Positions 28,178-39,607 of a DNA stretch of 64,000 bases are shown here, piece after piece; position 1 is the first letter of the stretch; every line of letters starts with the position of its first letter. Source of the stretch: Acidobacteriota bacterium (lineage in GTDB: Bacteria > Acidobacteriota > UBA6911); assembly GCA_963664705.1 (NCBI GenBank), contig OY761556.1, positions 3,520,001 to 3,584,000 on the forward strand. The letters are read 5' to 3'. The notes beneath the pieces were generated by a model. The model was not told the origin of the DNA and ran no database searches. It saw nothing but the letters and a program-made list of their open reading frames with translations. Both the position numbers and the translations under genes were made by a program.

Positions 28178-31100
28178 TTAGAACAGCAGCTTCAATCCCA
28201 TCCGCATTGTTCGACTGCCGCCGCTGATCTGCGTGAAGTTCAAAAATAGTCCGGCTCCGGTTCCGTTAACCGTCTTGGTGACAGATCCGGGACTATCGAA
28301 ATTCTCATGATTCAGCAGGTTGAAAATTTCCGCCCTGTATTCCAGTCTGACCTTTTCGGTAAACCGGAAAGTCTTCAGGGCATTCAGATTGACGCTGGAA
28401 TAACCGGAAGTATACACGCTGTTTCTCCCAGCCGTGTTTGCTCCGGGTACGCTGTATGAAGTAACGGCAATCCAACGCACCTGATCGGAGGTCGTGCAAC
28501 CATAGCCGTTCGATGCACTGGCTGTGACATTCAGATCCCGCAACCCCGAAGGGCAGGCGGAAGCCGATGCAGCCCCAACCGGAACGGTAACGGCGCGAGT
28601 GTCCACGGGAGCATTCGGATTTCCTACATCCGGACGCAGTGCGGTCGCATCCGCTCCCCCTTCATACATTCGGTCAAATCCATTGAGAACAGTGTAAGGA
28701 ACTCCCGAACGGAAGGTAAGGGTACTGGCGGTACTCCACCCACCCAGAATTTGTCCCAGGATTCCGCTCTTGGGTCCGCGAATATCCCACATCAAAGATG
28801 TCGACCACATATGACGTCGATCGTTATCCGATGGCCCGTAGTCGATGTTGCCGCTCAGCCCCATACGCTCAACCAGGATGGGAGAGATGGACGCATTCTG
28901 CGGGGAACCGTTCGTAGCAAAGGTCTCGGTCCCGGTATCCATATTCCGTGACCAGGTATAGTTACTGTCGAAAGACAGTCCACCCACCGGAGTATTGCTG
29001 AACCTGCGGCGAATACCCAGCTGCATGGAGTTGTAATTGCCATTCACGAACGAAGCACGGATCTGGCGAGCACCGATGGTTGAGACTATGCGGGAACCGA
29101 ATCCGTTCAGAGCCGCATTGGGCAAATAGGGATTCATCGCAACGGTCCTGAATTGCTTCCGTGTAACCGAACCCACATAGGCAATATCAAGTACCGTCTT
29201 CCCCAAAATCTCCCGTTGAATGCCCAGTGACCAGCGCTGCGTATACGGATTGCGAATATTCGCGTCAAACTGTGACGAAGCACTGGACAGATCGTCGACC
29301 GCAGTCGGAACCAGGGATGGCAGAACAGCCGAAAGGTTGCTTAGCCCTCTAGGTGTTGCCGCCGTCGACGAGGATGGAACGGGAACATTGGCCAAGGCGT
29401 TGGGTGAACCGGCCGCCATGTTTGAGAGAAGGTTGTTGTACCAGGTATCATAGGTAAGCTGATACCCGCCACGAACCACCAGCTTGCCTTTGCCAAAAAG
29501 CTTGGCAAGCAGTTTGTTTGCAAGCCAGCCACTCTTCGGATCCGGATTCCAGGCAAACCCGAAACTGGGCCCGAAATTGTTATTATCCGGATTTACCTTG
29601 GTCGAGGTTGTAATGGCGCCTGGCGTGTTGCCTGTATAGGCCGGATATTTGAAGCTATTGGCGGGCTGCCCGAAATTCTCGTAGCGAATTCCGTAATTCA
29701 ATGTGAGATGCTGCGTGACCTTCCATCCATCCTGGGCAAACAGAGTCCAACGGAACAGATTCGGATAGTAGATTCCGCTGCCAAATGTTATCGACACAGG
29801 ACCGCTGGATGTGCCGGCGTAATCGTCAATCCAGTTTGCCATGCTTGTCACACCGCCAGGCACCAGGGTGCTGCTGGAGGTGGAGAAGTAGGAAGCTGTG
29901 CCACGATAGTTGAAGGGCGCCTGCTGTCTTGCCAGCTGGCGCAGAATATCTCCACCGAAGCGGATGGAATGAGTCCCCCTGATTGTGGTGGCCGTATCCT
30001 GGTATTGATAGGAGTTTGAAACTCGCCCCTGCGGATACGTGCTGCTGACTCCAATGGAAGATAATCCGGTCAGGCTTATCTGCGGCAGCGTATTGCCTAC
30101 GGATTCGGGATTTGCCAGGGGATATCCCAAATTCACCCTCTGGAAGTTGAATCGGACTTCATTCGTTGTGTGATTCGAAATCATGTAGGTATGGTTCACG
30201 GCCACACCAAAGCTCTTTTCCGAATAGAGAGTACTGAAATCCGGCGTGAAGCCGATGGAATCCGGAGAATTCGTCGTTCGGTTGTAGAGCCATCGAACCA
30301 TGAAATACTGCTTATTGGAGATCTGGTGGTCAAACCGGATCTGATGATTGTTATTGAGATAGACGGTCGGCGCAAACAAGGTTGCAATAGCGGTTTCCAC
30401 GGTCTGCCCCGTGCGGGCTCCGCCGCTGCAGGAAGTCGAAGCCAGGCTGGCCGGCAAGGCAATGCTGTACGCGGACGCACTGTTGGCCGGATTGCCACGC
30501 AAACTACCCAGGAAGCCAAGATAGGACGCCACATTGGCACAGGTGGTCGCCAATGGTTTCAATACCTGGTACCCAGCCTCGGTGGGCACGCGGTAGCTTG
30601 CCTGGGTTCCGCCATCCGAATAACGGTCCCACTGACCAGCAACGAAAATGAAGGTCTTGTCTTTTCCATTGTAAATGTGGGGAATGACGACAGGAGAACC
30701 AAAGGTGAAAGCCGGGATATTCTCCTTGAATACCGGCTTGAGCGGATTGCCGCTGCCGGGAACATATGCAAGCCGCTGAGTGCGAGTGGATGCATTCAAA
30801 CGCTGCGATCGGTAAACCCAGGCCAAAGTACCGGCAGGGTTGTTGGTTCCCGACTTGATAATCTGATTGATGACGGCGCCGCCAGCGCGTCCGAATTCAG
30901 CGCTGAAATTGGAGGTTTGAATGGCCACTTCCTGCAACGCATCATTGTTGGTCAGGATCAGGCCCGGTCCGGCAACCGAAATATCGTTATTTTCCACGCC
31001 ATCGATCATGTAGTTGTTTGAACGGGCGCGGGCACCGTTTACCGATCCCACACCGCCGCCAACACCTGTCTGGTTAGTCGTAACGCCGGGGAGCAGCAGG

Positions 31101-31573
31101 ATCAGGTTCGTGGAATCCTGTCCACTGATCGGCAGCTGTGCCAGGGATCGCTCGGTGATATTTGTCCCGCGTTTCTCTTCATTCAGCTGGACCTCTGCAG
31201 CCTCGCCCTTTACCGTAACGGTTACATTCTCAGTCGCCACGGCCAAAACTGGATCAACGGCCGCCGTCTGGTTGGCGGAAACCTTGATCTGTTTAACCAC
31301 AAATGTGCTGAAGCCCGTCATCTTGACGGTCAAATCATAATTTCCTAAATCCACGGCGTCGAAACGAAAGATTCCAACCTCGTTGGTAACTTCCGACCGG
31401 GTGGAATTGGTTTCCGTCCGGGTCAGCTCTACCGTGGCTCCAGCGACAACGCCACCCTGCTGATCCGTGACCACGCCTAAGACGGTTCCACGGCTTGTTT
31501 GTGCGTAGCTATTGCCCAGTAAACTAAGCAACAGTACACACACAAACAAGAAGATAGCCCTTTTCCCAATCAT
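28178..31573 (-). CDS. TonB-dependent receptor (Oar-like, N-terminal carboxypeptidase-regulatory-like domain)
   Basis: Signal peptide, GTVLGVVTDQQGGVVAGATV, SVNGARARSNNYMIDG, SAEFGRAGGAVIN, C-terminal RAEIFNLLNH...RTMRMGLKLLF. Confidence 0.92.
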   Translation of the reverse strand: MIGKRAIFLFVCVLLLSLLGNSYAQTSRGTVLGVVTDQQGGVVAGATVELTRTETNSTRSEVTNEVGIFRFDAVDLGNYDLTVKMTGFSTFVVKQIKVSANQTAAVDPVLAVATENVTVTVKGEAAEVQLNEEKRGTNITERSLAQLPISGQDSTNLILLLPGVTTNQTGVGGGVGSVNGARARSNNYMIDGVENNDISVAGPGLILTNNDALQEVAIQTSNFSAEFGRAGGAVINQIIKSGTNNPAGTLAWVYRSQRLNASTRTQRLAYVPGSGNPLKPVFKENIPAFTFGSPVVIPHIYNGKDKTFIFVAGQWDRYSDGGTQASYRVPTEAGYQVLKPLATTCANVASYLGFLGSLRGNPANSASAYSIALPASLASTSCSGGARTGQTVETAIATLFAPTVYLNNNHQIRFDHQISNKQYFMVRWLYNRTTNSPDSIGFTPDFSTLYSEKSFGVAVNHTYMISNHTTNEVRFNFQRVNLGYPLANPESVGNTLPQISLTGLSSIGVSSTYPQGRVSNSYQYQDTATTIRGTHSIRFGGDILRQLARQQAPFNYRGTASYFSTSSSTLVPGGVTSMANWIDDYAGTSSGPVSITFGSGIYYPNLFRWTLFAQDGWKVTQHLTLNYGIRYENFGQPANSFKYPAYTGNTPGAITTSTKVNPDNNNFGPSFGFAWNPDPKSGWLANKLLAKLFGKGKLVVRGGYQLTYDTWYNNLLSNMAAGSPNALANVPVPSSSTAATPRGLSNLSAVLPSLVPTAVDDLSSASSQFDANIRNPYTQRWSLGIQREILGKTVLDIAYVGSVTRKQFRTVAMNPYLPNAALNGFGSRIVSTIGARQIRASFVNGNYNSMQLGIRRRFSNTPVGGLSFDSNYTWSRNMDTGTETFATNGSPQNASISPILVERMGLSGNIDYGPSDNDRRHMWSTSLMWDIRGPKSGILGQILGGWSTASTLTFRSGVPYTVLNGFDRMYEGGADATALRPDVGNPNAPVDTRAVTVPVGAASASACPSGLRDLNVTASASNGYGCTTSDQVRWIAVTSYSVPGANTAGRNSVYTSGYSSVNLNALKTFRFTEKVRLEYRAEIFNLLNHENFDSPGSVTKTVNGTGAGLFLNFTQISGGSRTMRMGLKLLF

Positions 31574-31922
31574 GCCTCACTTCTCCTTGAAGTAATTGCT
31601 ACTGCATTCAACCACACATTCCCTTACCCGAGGCGCTTGACAACAGAATACGCTGCAAAAAAAATCTCGCTGAATCCCCAGGCGCGCAAAAGGGTTCAAT
31701 ATTTCTATAACTTAAACCAAAAATCAATGAATAATTGGCGAAGGATCTTGGCTATATCCAGCGAAAACAATTCACTAAAACAATGCATACAAATACTTTA
31801 TATGTATTTCCACAGATTATTTCGCATATAAAACCAAGTCATTGTATTGATACATTTACTAATGCATTTACACTATTTTGAATAAAAACGACCTGGAGTC
31901 TTGAGGCGGGACAGACAAAAAA

Positions 31923-31956
31923 AGTCGGCAGCAGGTTTTGCGACCTACTGCCGACT
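31923..31956 (-). terminator. Terminator after paralog 4
   Basis: AGTCGGCAG..AGGT / ACCT..CTGCCGACT hairpin next to an A-run (T-run on the minus strand). Confidence 0.7.
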
Positions 31957-31988
31957 GAGGACAAAACGACCGGCACCTGACGACGGAG

Positions 31989-33668
31989 TTACCGCCAGTT
32001 ATCGATTTGAACGGTCTTGTTGTACTGCAAACCGCCAATACTGTAGTAATTGTTGTTGGTACCGCCGGTAACGATAATTTCCATAGCGTTCGGCTGGAAC
32101 CAGGGCTGACCGCCCGGGGAATCCGGAGCCATCAGGAATTTCTTGAAGTCATCAACAGAGTTGTACCCTGCAGTCTTCACGAAATTTGCGATTGGCGGGC
32201 TAAGAATGGCTGTGGCACCAAAAAGGAATGGAGCCTGGGTTTTGAAAATGTCCTTGATGATCTGCGGGAAATTCATTTCTTTTCCCCAGTTGTTCGCGCG
32301 CCAGTTCTTTGCGGAGAGAACGCCCCAGCCTTCAAACAGACTGACCACGTTTTCGTTCTTCTTGAAGCCTTTTCGAACCGAAAGCGGTTCCCACGGAGAT
32401 TCCTTCTCATTCTCGCCAAACACAATGTTAATGGCGTTCATCGGATTCCCTACGGTCCCCATGTAGGTCGTTCCGACTTTGCCGCCATTGCCAAGGTTGA
32501 TGGACAGAATGCTCCATGCTCTTCCGATTGTCGTATTGGCATGAGCGTATGGCCCCATGGCGCCAATACCATAATTGATCCCGATCTCATCGCGGATAGG
32601 GCCATTGATGACCAGCGCACCGACAAACGAATTATCGGAAACGGAAATGGCTTCCTTTCCGGTAGCGGCCACAGCCAGCAGCAACGGCATATATTCCGGC
32701 TTGCAGCCAGCCATAACAGCGTTTACGGCAACGTCTTTTACCGTATATGTCCAGTCTTCGAAATAAGTACCGGTTTGAGTCGGCGACATTTTGCCAACCA
32801 TTTCATCCGGACGGTGACTGGTTCCCTTCAGCATGTCATCGACTTTCGCGGCCGTCGGCAGAACGATCGGCATGAAGTCGGTCATGCGCTTATCCATGAA
32901 CATCTTCTGCAGATTGTCCGGCGTATCCGTAAAGGTCGCCGGTCCCTTGGTACGATTAATCTCACCGGTCTTCTTTTCATCGGCGGTCAAGGGCTTGGTA
33001 AATTTGTCGACAATTTCCTGCATGACCGGCTTGCCGGTGATCGGGTTGTTGCCGTTAATCACATCACGTCGCAACTGTTCGCGCGTTTTTCCCCACACCG
33101 GGCCACGAACCCACTGGGTCCGGAGGCCGGGGAGCCCGTCATTGCGTGCTTTTTCAGTTTCCTGTTCGTAGAATTCGGAAAGAACGAGAGGGACAGCAGG
33201 CAGATTCATCTTGGTTTCGAAATTCACGGAGTGGCCGACAACTGCCGGCGCACACTGGCTTCAATGGCCCATCCCGATGATGATCCCATTGGCCTTCTCT
33301 TTCATCTCGGCCCACAGCTTCGGATCTTCCGAGTCAAATCCACCGCCACCTTTTCTTTTGAAAACAACGGTGGTTTTGGGGTAATTGGCTTTAAACCAAT
33401 CCACCATTTCAAGCAGGAGATTATCCCCTCCCACAAACCCGTCATCAACGATGTATAAGGTCTTGCCGTCCAGGGTATCGAGGCGCGGCGCCATCGTCTT
33501 TAACTTTATCGGAGGCGGAGTTCCCAACGGATTTAATACCGTAATTTTAGCCTCTGCCGGCTCCGCCTTTTTCGCCGGTGCGGCTTTTTTTGCTTGCGCA
33601 TAGCCTATCTGCAGACAGCAAAACAGGCCTATGCACAGAAACGCAACTATTACTGTGCGCAATTTCAT
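31989..33668 (-). CDS. Exported UGSC-like selenoprotein paralog 4 (559 aa; TGA 33263-33261 read as Sec, U136, motif GH-U-SQC)
   Basis: ORFs 33261..33701 and 31989..33227 are in frame. Read-through gives NGIIIGMGH-U-SQCAPAVVGHSVNFE; ATG at 33668 after GGAGG; signal peptide. Confidence 0.87.
33230..33256 (-). promoter_or_regulatory. Putative SECIS element (paralog 4)
   Basis: UGA-N11-GCCGGC[AGUU]GUCGGC upper stem starting at +12, plus lower stem AGUG/CACU. Confidence 0.65.
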
Positions 33669-33831
33669 GCCTGACTTTCCTCCGTACTTTGAACAATACA
33701 AGGGTTTACCTTTAGAAATACGCCCCTACCATATCATGAAACGGGGTCAATAAAATGGGGGCGGACCCGTTTTGTTGAATTTGTGTAATAATTGGCAGGT
33801 TCGTGCGTCATGTGGGTTGAGGCAACCGGAT

Positions 33832-34350
33832 ATGGAAACAGCCATTAACCTGATGAGCACACAATCATTCGCTATGACTTCGTCAACGGAATTTGCCGAT
33901 CTTTATCAACGCTACTACGCCGCAGTGTATCGAACTGCCCTGCGGGTAACCGGCAATACGGCAGATGCCGAAGACGCCCTCCAAACCGTTTTTCTCCGTG
34001 TACTGAACCAGGGGAGCCAGCATGAATCGGCTCACAACCCGGAAGCATATTTTCGGAGGGCTGCAACAAATGCCGCCCTGGATCTGCTCCGGCGAAGGAT
34101 CTCCCATGGAGAGATTCAGCTCGACACAGCATCCTCCATTGCAGCCAGGGAAAGCTCCGCATTTCTGAAGGAGCAACTCAGGCGCGCCATTGCGTCCCTG
34201 GATCCGTCGGATGCCATTATGTTTTTGCTGCGCTATGTCGAGGGAATGACAAACGGGGAACTCGCGGAAATGTTCGGTCAGGACAAAAATGCAATTGCGG
34301 TTCGGCTTCACCGTATCCGGCAAAATCTACAGACTGAGATGGAGCGATAA
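33832..34350 (+). CDS. ECF RNA polymerase sigma factor (start uncertain, 33772-33874)
   Basis: FADLYQRY...DAEDALQTVFLR region 2 and FLLRYVEGMTNGELAEMFG...VRLHRIR region 4. Confidence 0.92.
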   Translation: METAINLMSTQSFAMTSSTEFADLYQRYYAAVYRTALRVTGNTADAEDALQTVFLRVLNQGSQHESAHNPEAYFRRAATNAALDLLRRRISHGEIQLDTASSIAARESSAFLKEQLRRAIASLDPSDAIMFLLRYVEGMTNGELAEMFGQDKNAIAVRLHRIRQNLQTEMER

Positions 34351-34362
34351 CGGAGGTCGGCA

Positions 34363-36807
34363 ATGTCAGAAGATCGCTTGGAACAAGCCCTACAGGCAAT
34401 CAAAAATGAAGATGTAAGCCCTGAACAGCTCGCCGATGCGGCAGCCCGAGTGCGAAAGAACCTGGAAGATCCGTCCAGTGCACTGTGTTCAGAATTTCAA
34501 TCCGAAATCCACGACTACCTTGACGGACAGCTTGCCGCCAATCGGCGGATGTTATTGGAAGACCATCTGGGACGCTGCCCTGCCTGCAGAGCACGACTTG
34601 CCTCCCTCAAGGGAGCAGGGAATGTTGTTCCCATGCCTGCACGGCAGAAACCCGGTTGGCAGAAATGGGCAAAATGGGCCATCGCCGCCGCCGTATTACT
34701 GATGGCGGTCTATGTCGGACGCGACAATCTCGACAATCTGATGGCTCCCGGCGGCCCCAGGGCCACCGTAGCATCATTGCAGGGCTCTCTCTACCTGGTG
34801 CCCAGCGGTATGCTGCAGGTAGGCGCGCCGATTGCCGAGAACGCCGTGGTCCGCACCGGGCCTGGAACCCATGCCGTGCTTCGGCTGAGAGACGGATCTC
34901 GAGTTGAAATCAATGAAGGAACCGAGCTTTCCGTTCACGCGGCCTGGAGCGGCCAATCCATTCGCCTTCAGCGCGGTGACGTCATCGTGCAGGCCGCCAA
35001 GCAGCATCGCGGCCACCTCCGCGTGGAGACTCGCGACTCGGTCGCTTCGGTGAAGGGAACCATATTCGCCGTATCGACAGGCTTCGGCGGCACGCTGGTT
35101 TCGGTGGTTGAAGGCTCCGTTGCCGTGGCACAACCCAACACCAATGTGCTCCTCACGCCCGGACAACAGGCTGCATCCAACCCGGCGTTGGCAAGTTCCG
35201 TTCAGGATGCGGTTTCATGGAGTCCGGACGCACAGAACTACATTGCAGTAATGGCCTCGCTTGCGCACATTCAAAAACAGATGGCCTCCATGCCGTCGCC
35301 CTTGCTAAAAACGCAGTCAAACCTGCTTCAGTACATGCCTCCAAACATGATCGTGTATGGAGCCGTTCCGAACCTGAGCAACACGATCAACCAGGCTGTA
35401 GCGCTTGCAGAACAGCAATCGGCTGAGAATCCCGCTTTCAGTCAGTGGTGGAATGCCGGGGCTGGACAGGAACTGAAAAAACTCATCGGCAAGATCCAGT
35501 CGGTCACTCCGCTCCTCGGCGATGAGATCGTGTACGGAATCTGTGTAAATGGATCAACCGTGCCGGTCCTGATTGCGGAAGTACGCTCGGGAAAGCGCGA
35601 GGAGCTGAGCAACATATTAAACAGCCTTAATACCAGCGGAGGCGACGCGCTTCCATACAAGCTGAACGATAGCCTGCTGGCAGCGTCGAATTCAGCCGTC
35701 AACCTGGAATGGCTGATCACCCACATGGGCCAGGGCAGCGGCACGCCTTTTGCACAGGAAATCGCATCGCGCTATATGGACGGAGCGGCATGGCTTCTTG
35801 GAATCGACATGGAGTCGATTTTCTCAGAAAGCTTCACCGGCGGGAACAAAGCGCTGGCTTCGCAAAAGGTCAAGCATCTCTTCCTGGAACAGCGAAATGC
35901 TTCAGGAATTGAGGAGAATGAAATCGCTGTTTCCTTCAACGGGCCGCGCGAAGGCATCGCGTCATTTCTGGCAGGCACGGGGTCAGGAGGTGCAGCCGAA
36001 TATCTTTCAAGCGACTGCATCGCCGCCTTATACATGTCCACGCGAGAACCTCAACAGTTGTTCCAGGAACTGACGGCGCAGCTGACGAAAATATCACCAA
36101 CATTCCAGGGCGAATTTGCGGCAGCCCAGGCCAGAATGGGCATAGACTTTTCCAATGACCTGGCACGCGCACTGGGAACGGAATCGGCTATTTCACTGAA
36201 CGGATTATCCACCAGCGGGCCAGTGTGGACTATGGCGGGCATCGTAAACGATCAGGCCACGCTGGAGGCAACGATACGCAAGCTTGCAACCTTCATGAAC
36301 GCCGAACTGGAAAGGGCGGGCAGAACCGAACGCATACTCATTGAGCAGGAAATCGTGGATGGACGCACGTGGACGACCCTGAAACCCTCTGATCAGCCGG
36401 TCTCCGTCACATGGACCTACGACAGAGGCTACATTGTGGCCGGATCCAGCAGAGGCGTGGCTGCGAAAGCGATCGCAAACCGCAACGGCGGATCGTCGCT
36501 GCCGTGGTCACCCGCATTCCGACAGCAGTTGCCGGTCTCAGTCGGGCTGCATCCTTCAGGATTTGCCTGGTTGAACACGAGCGGAGCATTCCAGGGACTC
36601 GAGGCATTGATCCCCAATCCATTGATTCAGAAAATGGTGGCCGAGCGGGATCCGATTCTTGTGGCATTCAGCGGATTAACGGAACAAATTCGCGCCGTCA
36701 GCCGTACTCGATTAACGGGAATGGTAATGAATATGTTGCTACTGAGGAGTCTGGACCCCGCACACACGGGTTCGACTCAGGCAAATGCACAATCGGGTAT
36801 GCTCTAA
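34363..36807 (+). CDS. Anti-sigma factor-like protein: HxxxCxxC zinc finger, TM, FecR-like domain, large extracytoplasmic domain
   Basis: LEDHLGRCPACR, TM WAIAAAVLLMAVYV, FecR-like LRDGSRVEINEGT...ASVKGTIFAV...VSVVEGSVAV; directly after the ECF sigma gene. Confidence 0.82.
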   Translation: MSEDRLEQALQAIKNEDVSPEQLADAAARVRKNLEDPSSALCSEFQSEIHDYLDGQLAANRRMLLEDHLGRCPACRARLASLKGAGNVVPMPARQKPGWQKWAKWAIAAAVLLMAVYVGRDNLDNLMAPGGPRATVASLQGSLYLVPSGMLQVGAPIAENAVVRTGPGTHAVLRLRDGSRVEINEGTELSVHAAWSGQSIRLQRGDVIVQAAKQHRGHLRVETRDSVASVKGTIFAVSTGFGGTLVSVVEGSVAVAQPNTNVLLTPGQQAASNPALASSVQDAVSWSPDAQNYIAVMASLAHIQKQMASMPSPLLKTQSNLLQYMPPNMIVYGAVPNLSNTINQAVALAEQQSAENPAFSQWWNAGAGQELKKLIGKIQSVTPLLGDEIVYGICVNGSTVPVLIAEVRSGKREELSNILNSLNTSGGDALPYKLNDSLLAASNSAVNLEWLITHMGQGSGTPFAQEIASRYMDGAAWLLGIDMESIFSESFTGGNKALASQKVKHLFLEQRNASGIEENEIAVSFNGPREGIASFLAGTGSGGAAEYLSSDCIAALYMSTREPQQLFQELTAQLTKISPTFQGEFAAAQARMGIDFSNDLARALGTESAISLNGLSTSGPVWTMAGIVNDQATLEATIRKLATFMNAELERAGRTERILIEQEIVDGRTWTTLKPSDQPVSVTWTYDRGYIVAGSSRGVAAKAIANRNGGSSLPWSPAFRQQLPVSVGLHPSGFAWLNTSGAFQGLEALIPNPLIQKMVAERDPILVAFSGLTEQIRAVSRTRLTGMVMNMLLLRSLDPAHTGSTQANAQSGML

Positions 36808-37773
36808 ATGACTTCTGCAGTTGTTGAACTGGAAAATCTGAGAGTGAAACTCGGGCGGCGGGAAGTGCTGAAGGACATTTCCTGCCGCCTCGGCATTTCC
36901 GGACAGGGTAAAGCCATCGGACTCCTGGGACCTAACGGAGCCGGCAAATCCACGTTAATTCTGACCATGCTCGGCTTTCATAAGCCGGCAGCAGGAAGTA
37001 TTCGAGTACTCGGATTCGATTCTCGTCTCCAGATGCACGATGTCAGAACGCGGATCGGTTACATGCCCGAGACGGATTCGTTCATCGCAAACCTGACCGC
37101 CGTCTCCTTTCTACGCCTCATGGGTGAACTCTCCGGGCTTCCCGGCAAAGTTGCATTGGAGAAAGCGCACGAAGCTCTGTTCCACGTCGGTCTGGGTGAG
37201 GCCCGCTACCGCGAACTGAAAACCTATTCCCTGGGAATGAAGCAAATGGCCAAGCTGGCGCAGGCTATCGTGCACGGACCCGAACTGCTGATTCTCGATG
37301 AGCCTACCAATGGGCTCGATCCATCCGCCCGCCAACGCATGCTCCGGCTTGTTCGTGAGATGAGGGAGGAACAGGGCATGAACATCCTGCTTTGCTCCCA
37401 TCTGCTGCGTGACGTCGAACAGGTCTGCGATGAAGTAGTGATCATGAAGGATGGAATGATCGTGCACGAATGCAATCTCGAGGAAGAGCGCCGCTCAAAC
37501 AAGTCTTTCGTCGAACTTGAAGTCTACGGCAATGATGACAACCTCCGGAACACCCTCCCCGAAATCGGTGCGGAAGGCGTTACGGAAGGAAGCGGGCGCT
37601 GGCGCATCGTTCTTCCGCCAGCGGTGGAGATCCAGGCGTTGTGGAACCTGCTTGGCCGCCAGGACCTCTCGGTAAGAAAGCTTACCTACCGCAGGGATAC
37701 GCTGGAGGAAATCTTTCTGAAAGCCATGGGGCATATACAGCACACCCCCGGGGAAAACGCAGCCGCAAGATAG
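36808..37773 (+). CDS. ABC transporter ATP-binding protein
   Basis: GPNGAGKST, YSLGMKQ, ILDEPTNGLDP, SHLL. Confidence 0.93.
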   Translation: MTSAVVELENLRVKLGRREVLKDISCRLGISGQGKAIGLLGPNGAGKSTLILTMLGFHKPAAGSIRVLGFDSRLQMHDVRTRIGYMPETDSFIANLTAVSFLRLMGELSGLPGKVALEKAHEALFHVGLGEARYRELKTYSLGMKQMAKLAQAIVHGPELLILDEPTNGLDPSARQRMLRLVREMREEQGMNILLCSHLLRDVEQVCDEVVIMKDGMIVHECNLEEERRSNKSFVELEVYGNDDNLRNTLPEIGAEGVTEGSGRWRIVLPPAVEIQALWNLLGRQDLSVRKLTYRRDTLEEIFLKAMGHIQHTPGENAAAR

Positions 37774-37817
37774 GAGCGCGGTGCTGCAAGCAGCCGCGCC
37801 GGGGGGCAGGAGGGATA

Positions 37818-38678
37818 ATGGCCGTTTATAAACGAGGATACCAGCGATACCAGGGGCCAACCAATTCACACTGGTCCCGCTTCATGGTATTGCCTCGTTT
37901 CGCATGGCAACGGGTCTTTCAGCAGCGTCTTGTCGTTCTCCTCATGGTGGTAGCCATGGTCTGGCCGCTGCTGTGCGCCATATTCATTTACCTCACCAAC
38001 CATGCCGAGCTGCTGAAAAGCGCCGCCAGGCAATTTCAGGACTTCATCCAGGTCAACGGCAACTTCTTCCTGGTTTTCATGTATGTCCAATCCGGTTTTG
38101 CCGTCCTGCTTGCCGCGATGACAGGGCCGGGACTGATTGCGCCCGATCTTGCAAACAACGCCCTGCCGCTTTATTTCAGTCGACCGCTCAGCCGAATGGA
38201 CTATGCACTGGCCCGGCTCTTAACCTTAGGCGGCCTTCTATCGCTGGTCACCATCGTACCAGGATTACTGCTCCTCGGGATGCAAGTGGGGATTGCAGGG
38301 CTGGACTGGCTCTTCTCCAATTGGAGACTTGGCCTGGGACTGGTAGTCGGTTTTGCATTGTGGATTCTGCTGGTCAGCCTGGTTGCAATGGCCAGCTCCG
38401 CATATGCTCGAATGAAAGCGGTCTCCGGTGGACTGGTGCTTGGATTCTTCTTCATCCTGAGCGGTCTATCCCAAATGATCAACAGCATATTCCGCGTCAC
38501 CTGGGGAAACGGGCTCAGCCCGCTCTGGGTATCCAGGCGGATCTGGTATGCGCTTTTTAGTGTCGAGCCCAAACCGGGTCCCGGTGTAGCGGCATGCATG
38601 TCCATGATTATTGCCATCATCCTTCTGCTGATTATTGTCATTGAACGGAAACTCCGTCCGGTAGAGGTGGTTTCGTGA
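37818..38678 (+). CDS. ABC-2 type permease
   Basis: About 6 TM segments, IAPDLANNALPLYFSRPLSRMDY; ATG 37818 after AGGAGG. Confidence 0.85.
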   Translation: MAVYKRGYQRYQGPTNSHWSRFMVLPRFAWQRVFQQRLVVLLMVVAMVWPLLCAIFIYLTNHAELLKSAARQFQDFIQVNGNFFLVFMYVQSGFAVLLAAMTGPGLIAPDLANNALPLYFSRPLSRMDYALARLLTLGGLLSLVTIVPGLLLLGMQVGIAGLDWLFSNWRLGLGLVVGFALWILLVSLVAMASSAYARMKAVSGGLVLGFFFILSGLSQMINSIFRVTWGNGLSPLWVSRRIWYALFSVEPKPGPGVAACMSMIIAIILLLIIVIERKLRPVEVVS

Positions 38679-39607
38679 CCCAGCCCATGGTGGTATTTGA
38701 CGAGGTTTCGAAGTTCTACGGGGATGTCCTGGGCGTCAATCACGTGTCATTGAACATCCCTCCCGGCATCACCAGCCTTGTGGGACCCAACGGTTCTGGC
38801 AAAACGACTCTGATGAACCTGATGACCGGGCTTATACATCCCGATGACGGCTCCATACTGGTACGAGGGCTTTCGCCGCAGGATCCCGAACACCTGATGC
38901 GCATTACCGGATATGCGACTCAATATGACGCAGCTCCTCGCTGGGCAACGGGCTTCAGCTTCATTACCACAGGACTGCTTCTTTACGGATACGCGCGAGC
39001 CGAAGCGGAAGAAAAGGCCTGGAAGGCGCTGGAGCGGCTGGGCCTGACTGAGGCCGCACACAGGAAAATGGCCGCATATTCCAAAGGGATGCGGCAGCGA
39101 GTCCGGCTCGCCCAGGCTATCGCTCACGAACCGGACATACTCATTCTGGATGAACCGCTCAATGGACTGGATCCCTTGGTGCGCGCAGAGACGATTGCGC
39201 TTTTCCATGCCTGGGCAGCCCAGGGCCGCCACGTGATTCTTTCCAGCCACGTCCTTCAGGAAGTGGACGTCATCAGCAACCAGGTCGTACTGATCTCCAG
39301 CGGCATGATCGTGGCCGAAGGCAAGATTCGCGACGTGCGGGAAGAGATCCAGGAACACCCGAGCCAATACCTCGTCCGTTGCCGGGAGGCATCGCGTGTG
39401 GCCGCACTGCTGTTCAATGAAGATCACATCACCGAGGTACGCCTGAACGAGGATCGCCTGGGCTTGATGGTCATGACACGTGATCGCCAGCAGTTCTCGC
39501 GCGCCATCGGCCGGATTGCCCTGGATGGGCACACGATTGACAGCGTGATTCCCGCGGATGAAAACGTCGACGCGCTATACGAATACCTGATTGGAGAGGG
39601 ACGCTAG
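38675..39607 (+). CDS. ABC transporter ATP-binding protein
   Basis: GPNGSGKTT, YSKGMRQR, ILDEPLNGLDP, SSHVL. Confidence 0.93.
   Translation: MTQPMVVFDEVSKFYGDVLGVNHVSLNIPPGITSLVGPNGSGKTTLMNLMTGLIHPDDGSILVRGLSPQDPEHLMRITGYATQYDAAPRWATGFSFITTGLLLYGYARAEAEEKAWKALERLGLTEAAHRKMAAYSKGMRQRVRLAQAIAHEPDILILDEPLNGLDPLVRAETIALFHAWAAQGRHVILSSHVLQEVDVISNQVVLISSGMIVAEGKIRDVREEIQEHPSQYLVRCREASRVAALLFNEDHITEVRLNEDRLGLMVMTRDRQQFSRAIGRIALDGHTIDSVIPADENVDALYEYLIGEGR

Noticed and set aside
32007-33458. Long antisense ORFs (also 981-1928, 3352-4395, 54955-56154)
   Set aside because: They are shadow ORFs opposite well-supported genes and show no recognisable motifs.
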